64,000 nt of DNA, taken from the NCBI GenBank assembly GCA_964016885.1, contig OZ024746.1:50592001-50656000 (forward strand). The letters run 5' to 3'. Below the pieces are notes generated by a model. That model ran no database searches. It worked only from the letters and a program-made list of their open reading frames with translations, and was not told the origin of the DNA. The stretch is from Eledone cirrhosa (Eukaryota). Of the stretch, positions 24,185-38,422 are shown in pieces (within the stretch, counting starts at the first letter, position 1; every line of letters begins with the position of its first letter). The translations under genes and the position numbers were made by a program.

Positions 24185-25062
24185 AGTAGTTGATGAGTAG
24201 AAAAGAGGACAAAACCCTGATTCCGTCAGGGAAATGGCCATGTTCGATATGCAGAAAAGAAACTGGCATAAATTCTATAAAATGCACACAATGCAGATCC
24301 TGGGTACACAAGAGATGTAGCGGGATAGCAGGCAAACTAACAGGTAGGGAGAAATATGTATGCAGTAGATGTACAGGGAAATTAGACAGTAGAAGTCGCA
24401 CTGATAGACACATTTTTCAAATGCAAGAGGGCGCTATAGAAGTGGTGGATAGCTTCCAGTACCTAGGAGATCAGATTAGCATGGGAGGAGGGCGTTCCGA
24501 GGCCATAGTATCTAGAATAAGGACGGGTTGGAAGCAGTTTAGGGAGCTGCTTCCTCTGTTGACGAAGAAGGGTTTCTCCCTACGTACGAGAGGCTGGTTG
24601 TATGATGCCTGTGTGAGGAGCGCGATGCTGCATGGTAGTGAGACATGGGCAGCAACTGCAGAGGATATGCGACGGCTGGAGAGAAATGAGGCAAGCATGC
24701 TCCGTTGGATGTGCAGTGTAAATGTGCGTGAACGACCCAGCATAAATGTGTTGAGAGAGAAACTGTGTTTCAGAGGGATAGAATGTAGTGTACGGGAGAG
24801 GAGACTGAGGTGGTATGGACATGTGATGCGCATGGAGGATGACCGATGGGTGAAGAAGTGCCATGAATTGCCAGTTGAAGGAAGACGTGGTAGAGGTAGA
24901 CCACGAAAAACATGGGTGGAGGTGGTGAGAACAGACCTCAGATCATTGAAGCTCACGGTGGAGATGACGAGGGACCGTGACGAGTGTAGCGATGCTGTGC
25001 TGAATAAGACCCGTCCCACCCTTGCAAGCAGGGAAAAGCAGACGTAAAATGATGATGATGAT
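24185..25062 (+). mobile_element. RTE-clade LINE 3' fragment (family B)
   Basis: 285-aa ORF GKWPCSIC..MLHGSETW..RRLRWYGHV..GRPRKTW; (GAT)n tail directly after the ORF. Confidence 0.92.
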
Positions 25063-25120
<58 letters not shown>

Positions 25121-25166
25121 GAAGTAACAGGAGGCTGGACTGGCGTAAATCCTTGAAAGGTTTATT

Positions 25167-25224
25167 ATACTATGATCATTTCAATGACTGGGTTCCATAT
25201 GAATCCGGTGATATCATCAGGTAT
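25167..25224 (-). ncRNA. Type I hammerhead motif
   Basis: Minus strand: ATAC-CTGATGA-imperfect stem II-GAAA-TGATCA-TA-GTAT followed by AATAAA. Confidence 0.7.
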
Positions 25225-25406
25225 TGGAATAAAACAAAGGAATATGTAAAAAGCCATGGGTCCAAGAAACCAGAGACAGAGAAGGCGGCTGACCAACTAG
25301 CTTCACAGCCAGCCACCCTCAAAGCTATATATATATATACACACACACACATGCAAGCAGGGAAAAAGCGGACGTAAATTGTATGAAAATGAATGAAAAT
25401 ATATAT

Positions 25407-25455
<49 letters not shown>

Positions 25456-25480
25456 TATATATATATACACACACATAAAT

Positions 25481-25573
<93 letters not shown>

Positions 25574-25599
25574 CACACTATATATATTTATTAAAATAA

Positions 25600-25673
25600 C
25601 AGATTAAAGTTTAAGAAAAGAATCGCTGCTTTCACCCTTAACGGGATCTTCTGAAACTAACAAAGTCAATCTG
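25600..25673 (-). ncRNA. Second copy of the CAGAAGA-core hammerhead family
   Basis: Reverse complement of 17591-17664 with few changes; same A4 core; stem III partly disrupted. Confidence 0.55.
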
Positions 25674-25922
25674 TAAACGCAGAAGTGGATATTTCAAAAA
25701 ACGTTGCAACCGGAGGAAGACAGGAAGACGATACTTTGGTTCGTGGAAACGTTCCCTGGCAAAGAACGGGAAAAAACGAATATAATACGTCATTAATAGG
25801 AGCGGTGAAAAACAATTACACGCAAAGACAGAACCACGTTTATGGTATAAAAGAGGTCGTAGACTAATGTTCTCTTAGGTGGTTCATAGAGACGTTCTCT
25901 CTCTCTCTATATATATATATAT

Positions 25923-25993
<71 letters not shown>

Positions 25994-26575
25994 TATATAT
26001 ATACACACACATATATATATACACACATATATATATATATATATATACACACACATATATATATACACACATATATATATATATATATACACACACACAT
26101 ATATATATACACACATATATATATATACACACACACATATATATATATACACACATATATATATATACACACACACACATATATATATATATATGGAGGC
26201 ACATGGCTTAGTGGTTAGGGCATTGGCCTTGCAATCGAAAGGTTGTGAGTTCAATTCTCAGACCGGACGATGTGTTGTTTCCTTGAGCAAGACACTTTAT
26301 TTCACATTGCTCCAGTTTACTCAGCTGTAGAAATGAGATGATAGGGACTGGGGTCCCTATCATTCCACTGCAAAGTGGTCGTGGAGGTGCCACGGCAAAA
26401 AAGAACCCAGCATTGACTGTAAATGAGGTTGGTGTTAGGAAGGGCATCCAGCTGTAGAAATCAAGCCAGAATCAGTTCTCGTCCCACCCCTGCAAGCAAG
26501 GAAAAGCGGACGTAAAATGTTGATTATGATCATGATATTATATACATATAAACACACACATATATATACATATAT

Positions 26576-26610
<35 letters not shown>

Positions 26611-26638
26611 CACACACACATATATATATATATAAACG

Positions 26639-26726
<88 letters not shown>

Positions 26727-26733
26727 AACACAA

Positions 26734-26764
<31 letters not shown>

Positions 26765-28255
26765 AACACACACATATATATATATATATATACACACACA
26801 TATATATGTATATATCTATATAGATATATATATATATATATATATTCTCTCTGGTACTTATATGTTGAATACCTATATGATAAATGTTCATTGCACATGA
26901 ATTACTGTAAATTATGTGTGTGTGGCAGTGTGTGTGTGTGTGTGTGTAATTCTGTACTGTCATCAGTAAGTAGTATAGTTATTAGATGGCATCTACCTTT
27001 GTATTGTATGTAGGTCACTATTTAGCTGTGTCACACTGAGGCAAGAAGTATATGGGATTGGAGTAAGTGGTGGTGTTATGGCTGTAGTGGTGGTGGTGTT
27101 ATGGTTGTAGTAGTAGTGGTGGTGATGTGATGGTTATAATGGTGGTGGTGGCATTATGGTTGTAGTGGTGGTGTTATGGTTGTAGTGGTGGTGGTGTGGT
27201 TGTAGTGGTGGTGGTGGTGTGATAGCTGTAGTGGTGGTGGTGTTATGGTTGTAGTGGTAGTGGTGTTATGGTTGTATTGGTGGTGATGTGATGGCTATGG
27301 TGGTGGTGGTGGTGATGTGATGGCTGTAGTAGTGGTGGTGGTGGTGGTGGTGGTGATGTGATGGCTGTAGTAGTGGTGGTGGTGATGTGATGGCTGTAGT
27401 AGTAGTGGTGGTGGTGTGATGGTCATGGTATTGATGTGGTGGTGGTGGTGTGATGGTATTGTTGGAGGCCATGATGGTGTAATTGTCATGGTATTGATGT
27501 GGTGAATGTGGTGGTGTTGTAATGGTGATGAATGTGGTGGTGTTGGTGACAGTGTTTGGCATGAATATGGTGGTGCTGGCATGATAGTGGCAGTGTTGGT
27601 ATGAATGTAACAGTGGTGTTGGTGTAAGTGTGGTGGTGGTGGTAGTATGATGGTGTTGAAGGTGGTGTGTTGATGTGATGGTATTAGTGTGCTGGTGGTG
27701 GTAGTATGATGGTGACAGTGTTGGTGTGGTAGTGTCACGTTAACAGTGTTAGTGTGGTGGTGATGGTGGTGGTGGTAGTGTGATGGTGACAGTGTTGGTG
27801 TGGTAGTATCACATTGACAGTGTTAGTGTGATGGTGGTGGTGGTGTTGTAACAGTGGGTGGTATAATGGCTGGTGGTATTCATGTCTATTCATTAAATAA
27901 GTGTATTGCACACTTCAACATAATACACTTGAATGTGTGTGTGTGTGTGTGTGTATGTGTATAAAGGTGTGTCAGTTGAGGTGTGTCTATACAGGTAAAT
28001 GTATAATGGCTTTTATGTAGGTATGTGAGTGTGTGTGTATTTATAGCCACACCTACACACCCACCTACCTTCATACTTACCTAGCTGATTATATAATATA
28101 CTGTATGTGTTTATAGTCACTTATGTGTGAATCTGAGTAGCTTTGTGTGTGCATGTATATGTATGTATATATATATATACACACGCATACACACATACAT
28201 ATATATACACACATACACACACGCACACACACTCATACATAAACAACAGAAAAAA

Positions 28256-28322
28256 AAGTCAAATTTGGGATTTCCAAATATGTATATATATATATATATA
28301 TATATATCTATATATCTATATC

Positions 28323-28391
<69 letters not shown>

Positions 28392-28697
28392 ATATATATA
28401 TATATTAATAAAAGGAATTCCAACTTTGTCTGATTTACTCGTTTTATTTACAATCCTTTAAAATTATAATGATATTATAATGAAATAGTATGGTAGAATA
28501 TTAAATGTTAAATGTCAATGGAACAAGTACTTTCATGATTGAAAATTTCCAACTTGACTGTCACCACTGAATATGAACCTGAAGATTGCGAAAGCAATTA
28601 ATTAATATTCTACCAGACTATTTCATTATAATATCATTATAATTTTAAAGGATTGTAAATAAAACGAGTAAATCAGACAAAGTTGGAATTCCTTTTA

Positions 28698-28757
<60 letters not shown>

Positions 28758-28794
28758 TGTGTATATATGTGTGTGTGTGTGTGTATATATATAG

Positions 28795-28825
<31 letters not shown>

Positions 28826-28856
28826 CATACATATTTGGAAATCCCAAATTTGACTT
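28256..28856. repeat. Nested inverted repeat (core arms about 28403-28504 and 28603-28701)
   Basis: AAAAGGAATTCCAACTTTGTCTGATTTACTCG... mirrored; outer AAGTCAAATTTGGGATTTCCAAAT also mirrored. Confidence 0.88.
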
Positions 28857-29178
28857 ATAATCCCAAATTTGACTATATATATATATATATATATATATAC
28901 ATACATATATATAAAAAAAACAGTCAAATTTGGGATTTCCATATATATATATATATATGATGGTCTCATCTCCTCAGTCAATATTTGGAAATCCCAAATT
29001 TGACTGTTGTTTTAGTCCTGTGCGCATACACACTAAAATATATAGTATATATATATATATGTGTGTGTATATATATATATATATATATAATGGAAAAATT
29101 TGAACAGGGACAAAACAGAGAGGCAGTACAACGAATGTTTATTAATTTCACGCTCTGGAGAGTGGAGTGTTGGTGGGG

Positions 29179-29212
29179 GACGACGTTTCGGGCATAAGCC
29201 CTTCCTCAGGTG
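29179..29212 (-). ncRNA. Minimal hammerhead-like motif
   Basis: Minus strand: AC-CTGAGGA-AGGGCTTATGCCC-GAAACGTC-GT, with AATAAA downstream; only 2 bp of stem I visible. Confidence 0.5.
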
Positions 29213-29608
29213 AGAAGTGTGTGGGAACAGAGTTCAAAGGGTGTGTAGGGGAGTGGTGGAGAGACATATAGCGAAAGGAAACGGTGCAAATAAAAAAATA
29301 AAAAAATAAAAAAATAGATAAAAATAAAAATAAAGCATGATCAAAATACAAGGAATGAAATAAATTTAAATATAAAAGCATGATCAAAATAAACTGAAAT
29401 TAAAAGGGGGGTAAAACAGGTGGTGGAAGGGTGTGGGGTGTGTAGGGGTGGAGGCGGGTGGAGTGGGGAGAGGGAGACGGGGTGTCCGAGCAGGGAGGGC
29501 TGAAGGTGGTGGTGTTTGTGTGTGTGTGTATGTGAAAGTAAGGGTTGGGGGAAGAACGGGGTTGCATGTTCAGGAAGAGGTGTGTGTGTGGGGGGGGGGG
29601 GGGGGGGG

Positions 29609-29643
<35 letters not shown>

Positions 29644-30180
29644 TTAGTTAAGCAAAACAAGACCACACATTTCACAAGGAAGACATTATTAAAGATTGTC
29701 AACATATTTTAGTTTGATGTAAGGAATGTAGAGAATAATAATAATAATAATAATGTCCGTTTACAATTGTTTCGCTACTCCACATAATATTTCTGGATCA
29801 GATGACTATATATCATAATTGATCTGGTTCAGTTGAAAATAATTAACATATTTAAAAGACAGAGCGGCTCATCGGAACTTCAAAGAAATATAAATTAAAA
29901 TAATGAGAGAATGTTACATAATATAATGTTCCATATATTGGTTTTTCACTATGGTGTCTTGGTTGCATCAGTTGTCAGCCATAATCAAGCAGTATTCATC
30001 TGTCGAGGCTGCATTGTGTGAGATCTACCTATGGGTAATAAGATGGCTGCCAAAGGACCTATTTACCTTACTAATTAGAGGGTGGTTTCATGGGAAGTAA
30101 CTCCTCGAGAAATTAGAAATTGTGGGTATTTATAGTTAAGTGCTAATTACCATAAACCAGGTGAAATACTCACATAGGCT

Positions 30181-32172
30181 TTGGTTAAGGACTTGCATCT
30201 GGATAGATTTACCCACCTTTATGTATCAACAACCCCAAGGTTATCTCTCAAGGATCACAAGCCAAACTTTATAGAGAACCCATCTATTAGACTCATAAGC
30301 CCAACCACATCTGACCTTGATAGGATAATCCCTGGGCTACGGGATCATACCACCTACAAGTTGTGGTCCAACACCGGCCAAGTCATTAGATGGTTCTCCG
30401 ATCTAAGGTCCAAGCAATCTATGAGGTTCATCCAATTTGATATAGACAGCTATTATGCGTCAATAACCCCGGAACTGCTCAACAAAGCATTAGCCCTAGA
30501 CACCACCAACTCGGACATAACCAATAATGAGATTAACATCATACTTATGGCTAGGCAGACTATCATTGAATTCAACGGAGCACTCTGGACTAGAAAAGAT
30601 AGAACAGACAACTTTGACATTACGATGGGCTCAAGTGACTCCGCGCAAATCACCGATTTAGTTGGGATTTACCTATTACGTAACATCAGAGCCGAAATCC
30701 AACCCATGCAAGGCGGAATTTACAGGGACGACGCCCTATTTGCAGTCCACAATTGCACTAATCGGGGAATCGATTTGCTAAAGAAACAATTACATAGATT
30801 CTTCAAAAATAACGGTCTCTCTATCACCATCGAGCCGAACCATAAAGTAGTAAACTTCCTAGACATCACCCTGGATCTCAACAATAACCTATATAACCGT
30901 TACCATAAACCAGGTGAAATACTCACATATATTAGCCCACACTCTAACCACCCACCGGCAGTCATCAGAGCAGTAATCAAATATATCTCCTATAGGATCT
31001 CAATGCTATCAGCAAATGAGGAGATATTTATAAACCACGCACAATATTATAATAAGGCACTCTCTGAATCTGGTTATAAACAATCAATTTATTACATACC
31101 TAAATGCCATAACACAGCAATTCACCATAATAAACTTAACACTAGAACTAGAAATACCTTAGCATATAGCCAGATTCGCCGGAATTTTAGCAGTAACAGC
31201 ACCTATACAGGGAACTTTAATGGTGGCAGCGGCCTGCTCCCCACTCCAAGTAGCAAACTAAAAATCAACCCTAGAATAGGAATGAGAAATGGGATGACAA
31301 ATAACAAATCCCCAGGTAATAATAACCCTAGGAAGGCCCCTACCAACTCCACTAGAACCCCTAGAAGGAATAGACCTAGAAATATCACTTGGCTTAACCC
31401 CCCATTCTCATCTAATCTAGCCACTAATATCCCCAAACGCCTTTTCTCTATCCTATCTAAACATTCCCCCTCCAACCATAGATATTACAAATTCTTTAAT
31501 AAAAATAACATTAAAATCTCATTCTCCACAACACCTAACCTAGCTAGCCACATCGCATTCAGTAACCATCATAAACTAAGACAGTATAACTCCCACACCG
31601 TGGTACAACCACCACCCCTATCAAATACAGCACGCCACTACACCAATAATTACTCTAGTAGCACACCTCCCCCATCTAATCCTTCTAGCACTGACCTACC
31701 GCTTAGGTTAAACTACCCTACTCTCACTAACTGCAGAAGCAACTGCAACTGCCAATACCCCAATGCATGCCCATTAAATGGACACTGCCTGACACCCAAC
31801 ATAATCTATAGGTGCACGGTTAAAACTGCTTCGAATACCACCGCTTATATCGGGTCTACCTCTAACCCTTTTAAGGTACGCTACGCGCACTCTTTTTCCT
31901 TCTGAGACCCTAGCAACAGATGTTCGACATCGTTAGCTAGGCTCATTAAAAACCTTAAATTAAACAACGTTCAACACTCACTAAAATGGGATATCGTGGC
32001 TAGGGCCCAACCGTTCAATGGACGAAGAAAATCTTGTGATCTCTGTATTACAGAAGCATATTACATAACTCTATCACGACCTCTACCGATTAACGATAGA
32101 ACAGAGGTAACTATTAGCTGCCAACACCGAAGGGCTAATTCCTTCGCCAATAGAATATTTGACCCAACTTAG
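30181..32172 (+). pseudogene. PLE RT-GIY-YIG reading frame with one in-frame TGA (31903-31905)
   Basis: The frame continues past the TGA: DPSNRCSTSLARLIKNLK..LKWDIV..CDLCITEAYYI..INDRTEVTISCQHRR to TAG at 32170-72. Confidence 0.85.
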
Positions 32173-32548
32173 TCATCTAGCCCCATTTTTACTTGTAACT
32201 AAGAAGTTAAATAGCTATGAACAACTTAGATAATTATAAGTTACCTCCCCTACATTGTCTCTCAATTAAAAAATTTTAAAATTAGCACTTAACTATAAAT
32301 ATCCACAATTTCTAATCTCTCGAGGAGTTACTTCCCCTGAAACCACCCTCTAATTAGTAAGGTAAATAGGTCCTTTGGCAGCCATCTTGTTACCCATAGG
32401 CATATCTCACACAATGCAGCCTCGACATATGAATACTGCTTGATTATGGCTGACAACTGATGCAACCAAGACACCATAGTGAAAAACCAATATATGGAAC
32501 ATTATATTATGTAACATTCTCTCATTATTTTATTTATATTCCTTTGAA

Positions 32549-32668
32549 GTTCCGATGAGCCGCTCTGTCTTTTAAATATGTTAATTATTTTCAACCTAAC
32601 CAGATCAATTATGATATATAGTCATCTGATCCAGAAATATTATATGCAGTAGCGAAACAATTGTAAAC
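32549..32668 (+). ncRNA. Hammerhead-like motif in the PLE pLTR, CCGATGA core and ~95-nt stem II region (mirror copy 29759-29878, minus strand)
   Basis: GTT-CCGATGA-GCCGCTC..(long)..AGTAGC-GAAA-CAATTG-TA-AAC. Confidence 0.55.
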
Positions 32669-33086
32669 GGACATTCGGTGGATTGGCAGTATCGGTAGAG
32701 GGTCGGACGCCATGCTTTCCAGCATAGTTACGTCCCTTTACCATCTGAGTTCAAATCCCGCCGAGGTTGACTTTGCCTTTCATCCTTACGGGGTCGATAA
32801 AATAAAGTACCAGTAATGCACTGGTAATTGCTGGCCTTGTGCCTAAAGTAGAAACAATTATTATGAATATTATTATTATTATTCTCTACATTCCTTACAT
32901 CAAACTAAAATATGTTGACAATCTTTTAATAATGTCTTCCTTGTGAAATTTGTGGTCTTGTTTCTACTGCATATTGCACATTGAGCACATGCCTTTACGC
33001 TTTGGCTTCTAACTAATTCACCAATCTCTCCTCTCATATCTCCTCTCCTATCTCCATCTCTCTCTTTAAGATTGGTTACTCTTCAA

Positions 33087-33150
<64 letters not shown>

Positions 33151-36100
33151 ATATATATATATGTGTATATACATATATATATGTGTATATATATATGTGT
33201 ATATATATATATATGTGTATATATATATATATATATATGTGTATATACATATATATATATATATATGTGTATACATATATATATTGTTGGTGTTGGTGGT
33301 GTTGTTGTTGATGTTGTTGGTGTTGTATATATATATATGTGTATACATGTGTATCTATCATCATCATCATCATCGTTTAATGTCCATCTGCTACGCTATC
33401 ATGGGTAGGACAATCTGTCCCTTTGTGAGGGATCATGTCGGGGGAACGTTATTTGTTATTCGCTCACTCAGAACTGATTTGGCTTGGTTTCTATGGCTGG
33501 ATGCCCTTCCTAACACCAACCACCAAAATCCCTACCTCAGATATCATCCATATAAAAATATACCATCCATATATACATATACATATATATATATATATGG
33601 ATGGTATCTTGAGGTGTGGACTTTTGGGGGATGTCTTAGCTCTAATCTAGGCATTTAATCCATGATTAGCTTGGATTTTATGAATGTAATTTTTTAGTTT
33701 GGATTCCGACAATCTTGTCCACCACGTTTTGTTTATTGTTGGTTTTGTTTTCCAAGTGCATTCTTTACACATAGGGCGTTCAATTATTGTTTGTGTTTGT
33801 TCTATATATATATAGTGTATATATGTGTAGTATAGTTGTATGTACATTTAGGGTGGTTATCATTTAGGTGTATAGAATGGTTGGAGCAATAAGTCTTGTT
33901 TACGTATGTGTGTGTGTGTACACATGATGGCTGCCCCCTCGTTATCGAGTATGGCCATTGCACGATATAACATTATTAATAATTATTAATTAATTCTATC
34001 GTGCAATGCCTGTGTGTAAAGATATTTTTCTAAAGTGAGGAAAGACTGTGCACTGAGCCAATCTCACTCTATGAGCAACAGTAGCTATAACCCGAAAAGA
34101 AGAGATCAACATCATCGGTTATTACTGAGCCACAGGTTTTATATCAGAGTTATCCCAGTTTCCTGAGTTGCCTTCTCCTAGAAGAATGCCCTGACAAAGA
34201 CTAGGGGTCCTTCACTCTTAGTAGTTTAACCGCGTGATCGGGTGTCCAGCCCGACTATTTCTATGTCCCCGCACATATACACACACACATGCACCCATGT
34301 ATATACACATATACATACATATGTACACACTTTTGGATGGCCGTGGACTCTTATGAGTTCTTCTGCCCTTTGTGTGTACAGATACATACATACATACACA
34401 TACACTATAATGTTTCGAATGTTAGTTCTTTGTCAGAAAATAAAATGAATGATAAAGAAATAATAAGACACACATATGTCTGTATAGCTATGTGAAATAC
34501 TTTAATTTGATAATCTGACTGTAGTAACTTTTGTCCATGATCATCATCTACAACCCTGCCCTCACAAGTGGTTGAGAGACTATCATTGTAAAAAAAAGGA
34601 AGTATATATTAGGTAATTTAGTCTTGTATCTTCTTCATCTTTCATCATTAAACATTTGTTTTTCCATGTTGGCATGGGTTGGACAGATCATCACTGAAAA
34701 GGTCAATACCTAATCAAAGTTCATGTCTTCCTACATGGGCTGGAGGCTTACATCTTACTGGATTTGGCAAGGTTTCTGTAGATGTATGCCCTTACTAACA
34801 TATTTATAGGGTGCAATGGGTTGTGACCCCATCACTAGGAGTTTTGTTAATAATTCATTTCACATCTAGTATATGATTGTGGCACAGTAATGTTGGATAG
34901 AGTGGAGGGTGGAGTGATGATGAAAATAGTTACTAGAAGTGGGTGGGCATGAATAGGTCAGGTCACATCTGTGCAGAGGATACATTTGATGAGGTGGGGG
35001 GGCATATAAGAATGTAGTGGATATTATAGTAGAAATGTAGGAGTTAATAAGGGCATATGGACATCTTGTTTTTAAACTGGTAGGCAGGTCTACTCTTGTA
35101 CTGCATGTTGCCAATCATCCTTTGTCATCTCTGTCATGAGGTTCAGCTTCCTAAGGTTGGTCTTCACTATTTCCTGCCAGGTGTTCTTAGGCCGATGTCA
35201 GACAGACGGAGAGGGCGATTCACATTTATACATATATGTATAGAGAAACAAATTGGAAAAGAACTAATTATTAGATTGGTCCAAGGAAACAGTGTTTCCA
35301 TTGGTCTTTCCATTGCTGATACTATCGGGTGTATACCTGAGCAACATATAATCAATCCTACCTGTCCAACACACACACACCAACATTTGTTTCTGAGGAA
35401 GAGGGAGGTGATTGATCTCAAATATCAGCACTAAAAATAGGTGGTGATGAAACCACTACCTGGTGTTCCATCATTCGCATACACATATCACACACATATA
35501 TATATATATACACGCACACATGCATACAATAACCTATTTTTTCTTTTTCTTTTTCTTTTCCTCCCCCTCCTCATATATGATTGATCTCAAATATCAGCAC
35601 TAAAAATAGGTGGTGATGAAACCACTACCTGATGTTCGATCATTCAATCTACCATGAGAAAAAAAAAAAAATTGCACACGCACTCACACATACACGCACA
35701 TAACTTCTTTACTCACTTATTCCAGAGAGGGCCATGGGGGCAGGGTCCTCAAACACTCCTTCCAATATTGGTTTCCCTATGTAGGTCTTCTGTCGCTGTT
35801 TTATCTCCTTCGTAGTTTACTAAAATATTAGATGACACGCAAATTCGTGAAGCGTTCCATATTTTTAAAAAGGCGGTGTATTGGCAGTATCGGTGGAGGG
35901 TCAGACGCCATGCTTTCCAGCATAGTTACGTCCCTTTACCATCTGAGTTCAAATCCCGCCGAGGTTGACTTTGCCTTTACGGGGTCGATAAAATAAAGTA
36001 CCAGTGGTGCAATGGGTAATTGCTGGCCTTGTGTCTAAAGTAGAAACAATTATTTTCAAACTTGTTTCATTAAAGACGAATAACTCGTTCTCAGGAAATG

Positions 36101-36651
36101 GGAGTTATTTCCCCTTCACATGGAGCTTTCTCTTCTCTTCTCCAAAGACACGATGTTTGAGGTTGAGCAAAAATTATTGAATGTTATTAACTCTTTCGTC
36201 CACCATATTTCTAATGAAAGGCTGCTTATAATTTTCAAGTAATTTTGAAAATAATGAAGAATTTCTATGGTAACATTTTCGTTACCACATATTTAATGAA
36301 AGACATTGCCTGTATGTCTATTAGATAATTTTGAAAATAATCAAGAATTTGGAGGGATTTGGTAATGCAAGTCACTTATTAAACTGATTCTTGCATAAGA
36401 TTATGATAGAAGGTTCTTAGATAAATAGAAACACTTTAGACTAAACAGCTTAGTGTCATAGAACTAGGTAAATATAATCACTTTAGAATAAACAGCTTAG
36501 TATCATTGAACTAGAGGCAGTTTGGTATCAATAGAGGTGGGGAAATCTATTATTTTCCCAATCCTCTATAAGAAGCTCTGAGAATTATTTTTCCATATTT
36601 TATTTTTCAACAGTAATTAGACAAACATGAGTGAGTACGCCTTGATATTAA

Positions 36652-36912
<261 letters not shown>

Positions 36913-37458
36913 TAGCATTCACATTACTCTATATTTACTATTATATTTTCACATTAAAGGCTTTATCTCACATAATATTGAATCTATAAGATTTTGATAT
37001 TTATTTTGAGAACAATACCTTAATATCAGTAGTGGCCAGCTATGACCGGTTTGAACAGAAATAGGTAAGAGAATTCTGGCCGGATATGGCCACTTTAAAT
37101 GCTAAAGGGTTAAACCCTTTTGTCATTATATTTCTCATGAAAGCCACTGGCTATAACTTTGAAAATGATGATCTTGGAAGGATTTAGCAATATAACTTTC
37201 TCGTTATTAACCCTTTTTAAAACCATATTTCAAATAAAAGACAGTCTTTATAATTTTCAAATAATTTAGAAAATAAACAAGAATTAAGTTGGTGTTTGGA
37301 GGATAACTTAAAAGAGGTTCTTACGTGGAATTATAATAGATAATTTAAAAATAAATATGACTGTTTATGATAAATACTAACAGCTATGTGTATTCACCCT
37401 GTGTACATGTTTACAACTAGATGGGCTACACCTTAAATACCTATATCTAGATAGGTAG

Positions 37459-37968
<510 letters not shown>

Positions 37969-38370
37969 TGATGATATAATTGTTTCTACTTTTGGCACAA
38001 GGCCAGCAATTATCCCAGTGCATTACTGGTACTTTATTTTATCGACCCTGTAAGGATGAAAGGCAAAGTTAACCTCGGCGGGATTTGAACTCAGAATGGC
38101 TAGGGCCGTAACTCTATGCGTCAAAGCATGGCGTCGGACCCTCTACCGATACTACCAATCCACCGCCTTATATAATATTTATAATGAAATTTATTAAGGT
38201 TTATATATATATATAATATATATATACATATGTATGTGTGTGTGTGTATCCCGGGTTCAATCAGGGGTAACCACAGTAAGTAAGGTACTCAATACATATC
38301 AGAGTATAAATATTTAATATAGAAATGGCTTCTAAGGACCAGAACTGTTTCATTCGAAGGAAATCATCAG

Positions 38371-38422
38371 GGCTTTCCTGATGATTTTCTTTGAATGAAA
38401 CAGTCCTAGTCCTGTAGAAGCC
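38371..38422 (+). ncRNA. Type I hammerhead motif inside fold-back element 38316-38433
   Basis: Stem I GGCTTTC/GAAGCC; CTGATGA 38378-84; short stem II TTC/GAA; GAAA 38397-400; stem III CAG/CTG; GUA site, cleavage after 38416; inverted copy immediately upstream. Confidence 0.72.

Larger units (their letters stand above)
29654..32963 (+). mobile_element. Penelope-like retroelement (Naiad-like), 5'-truncated, with an inverted copy of its 3' pLTR at the 5' end
   Basis: RT motifs FDIDSYYASI, TMGSSD, IYRDD, FLDITLDL; CNC..CPLNGHC linker; GIY-YIG (IIY..YIGST..FKVR); 29654-30148 is the reverse complement of 32279-32963 (the latter with a SINE at 32677-32862). Confidence 0.92.

Noticed and set aside
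26195-26270. tRNA gene
   Set aside because: A and B boxes run on into CORE-like and RTE-tail sequence; it is a SINE head.
31903-31905. In-frame TGA in the Naiad-like ORF as selenocysteine (some Naiad elements are reported to encode Sec)
   Set aside because: It falls after SF in the GIY-YIG region where I would expect Arg rather than Cys, so CGA-to-TGA decay is simpler, and I saw no convincing SECIS downstream. A family alignment plus a SECIS search would settle it.
35409-35646. ~68-bp direct repeat as a possible duplicated exon
   Set aside because: No consistent splice sites or MLK-like translation; likely a local duplication.
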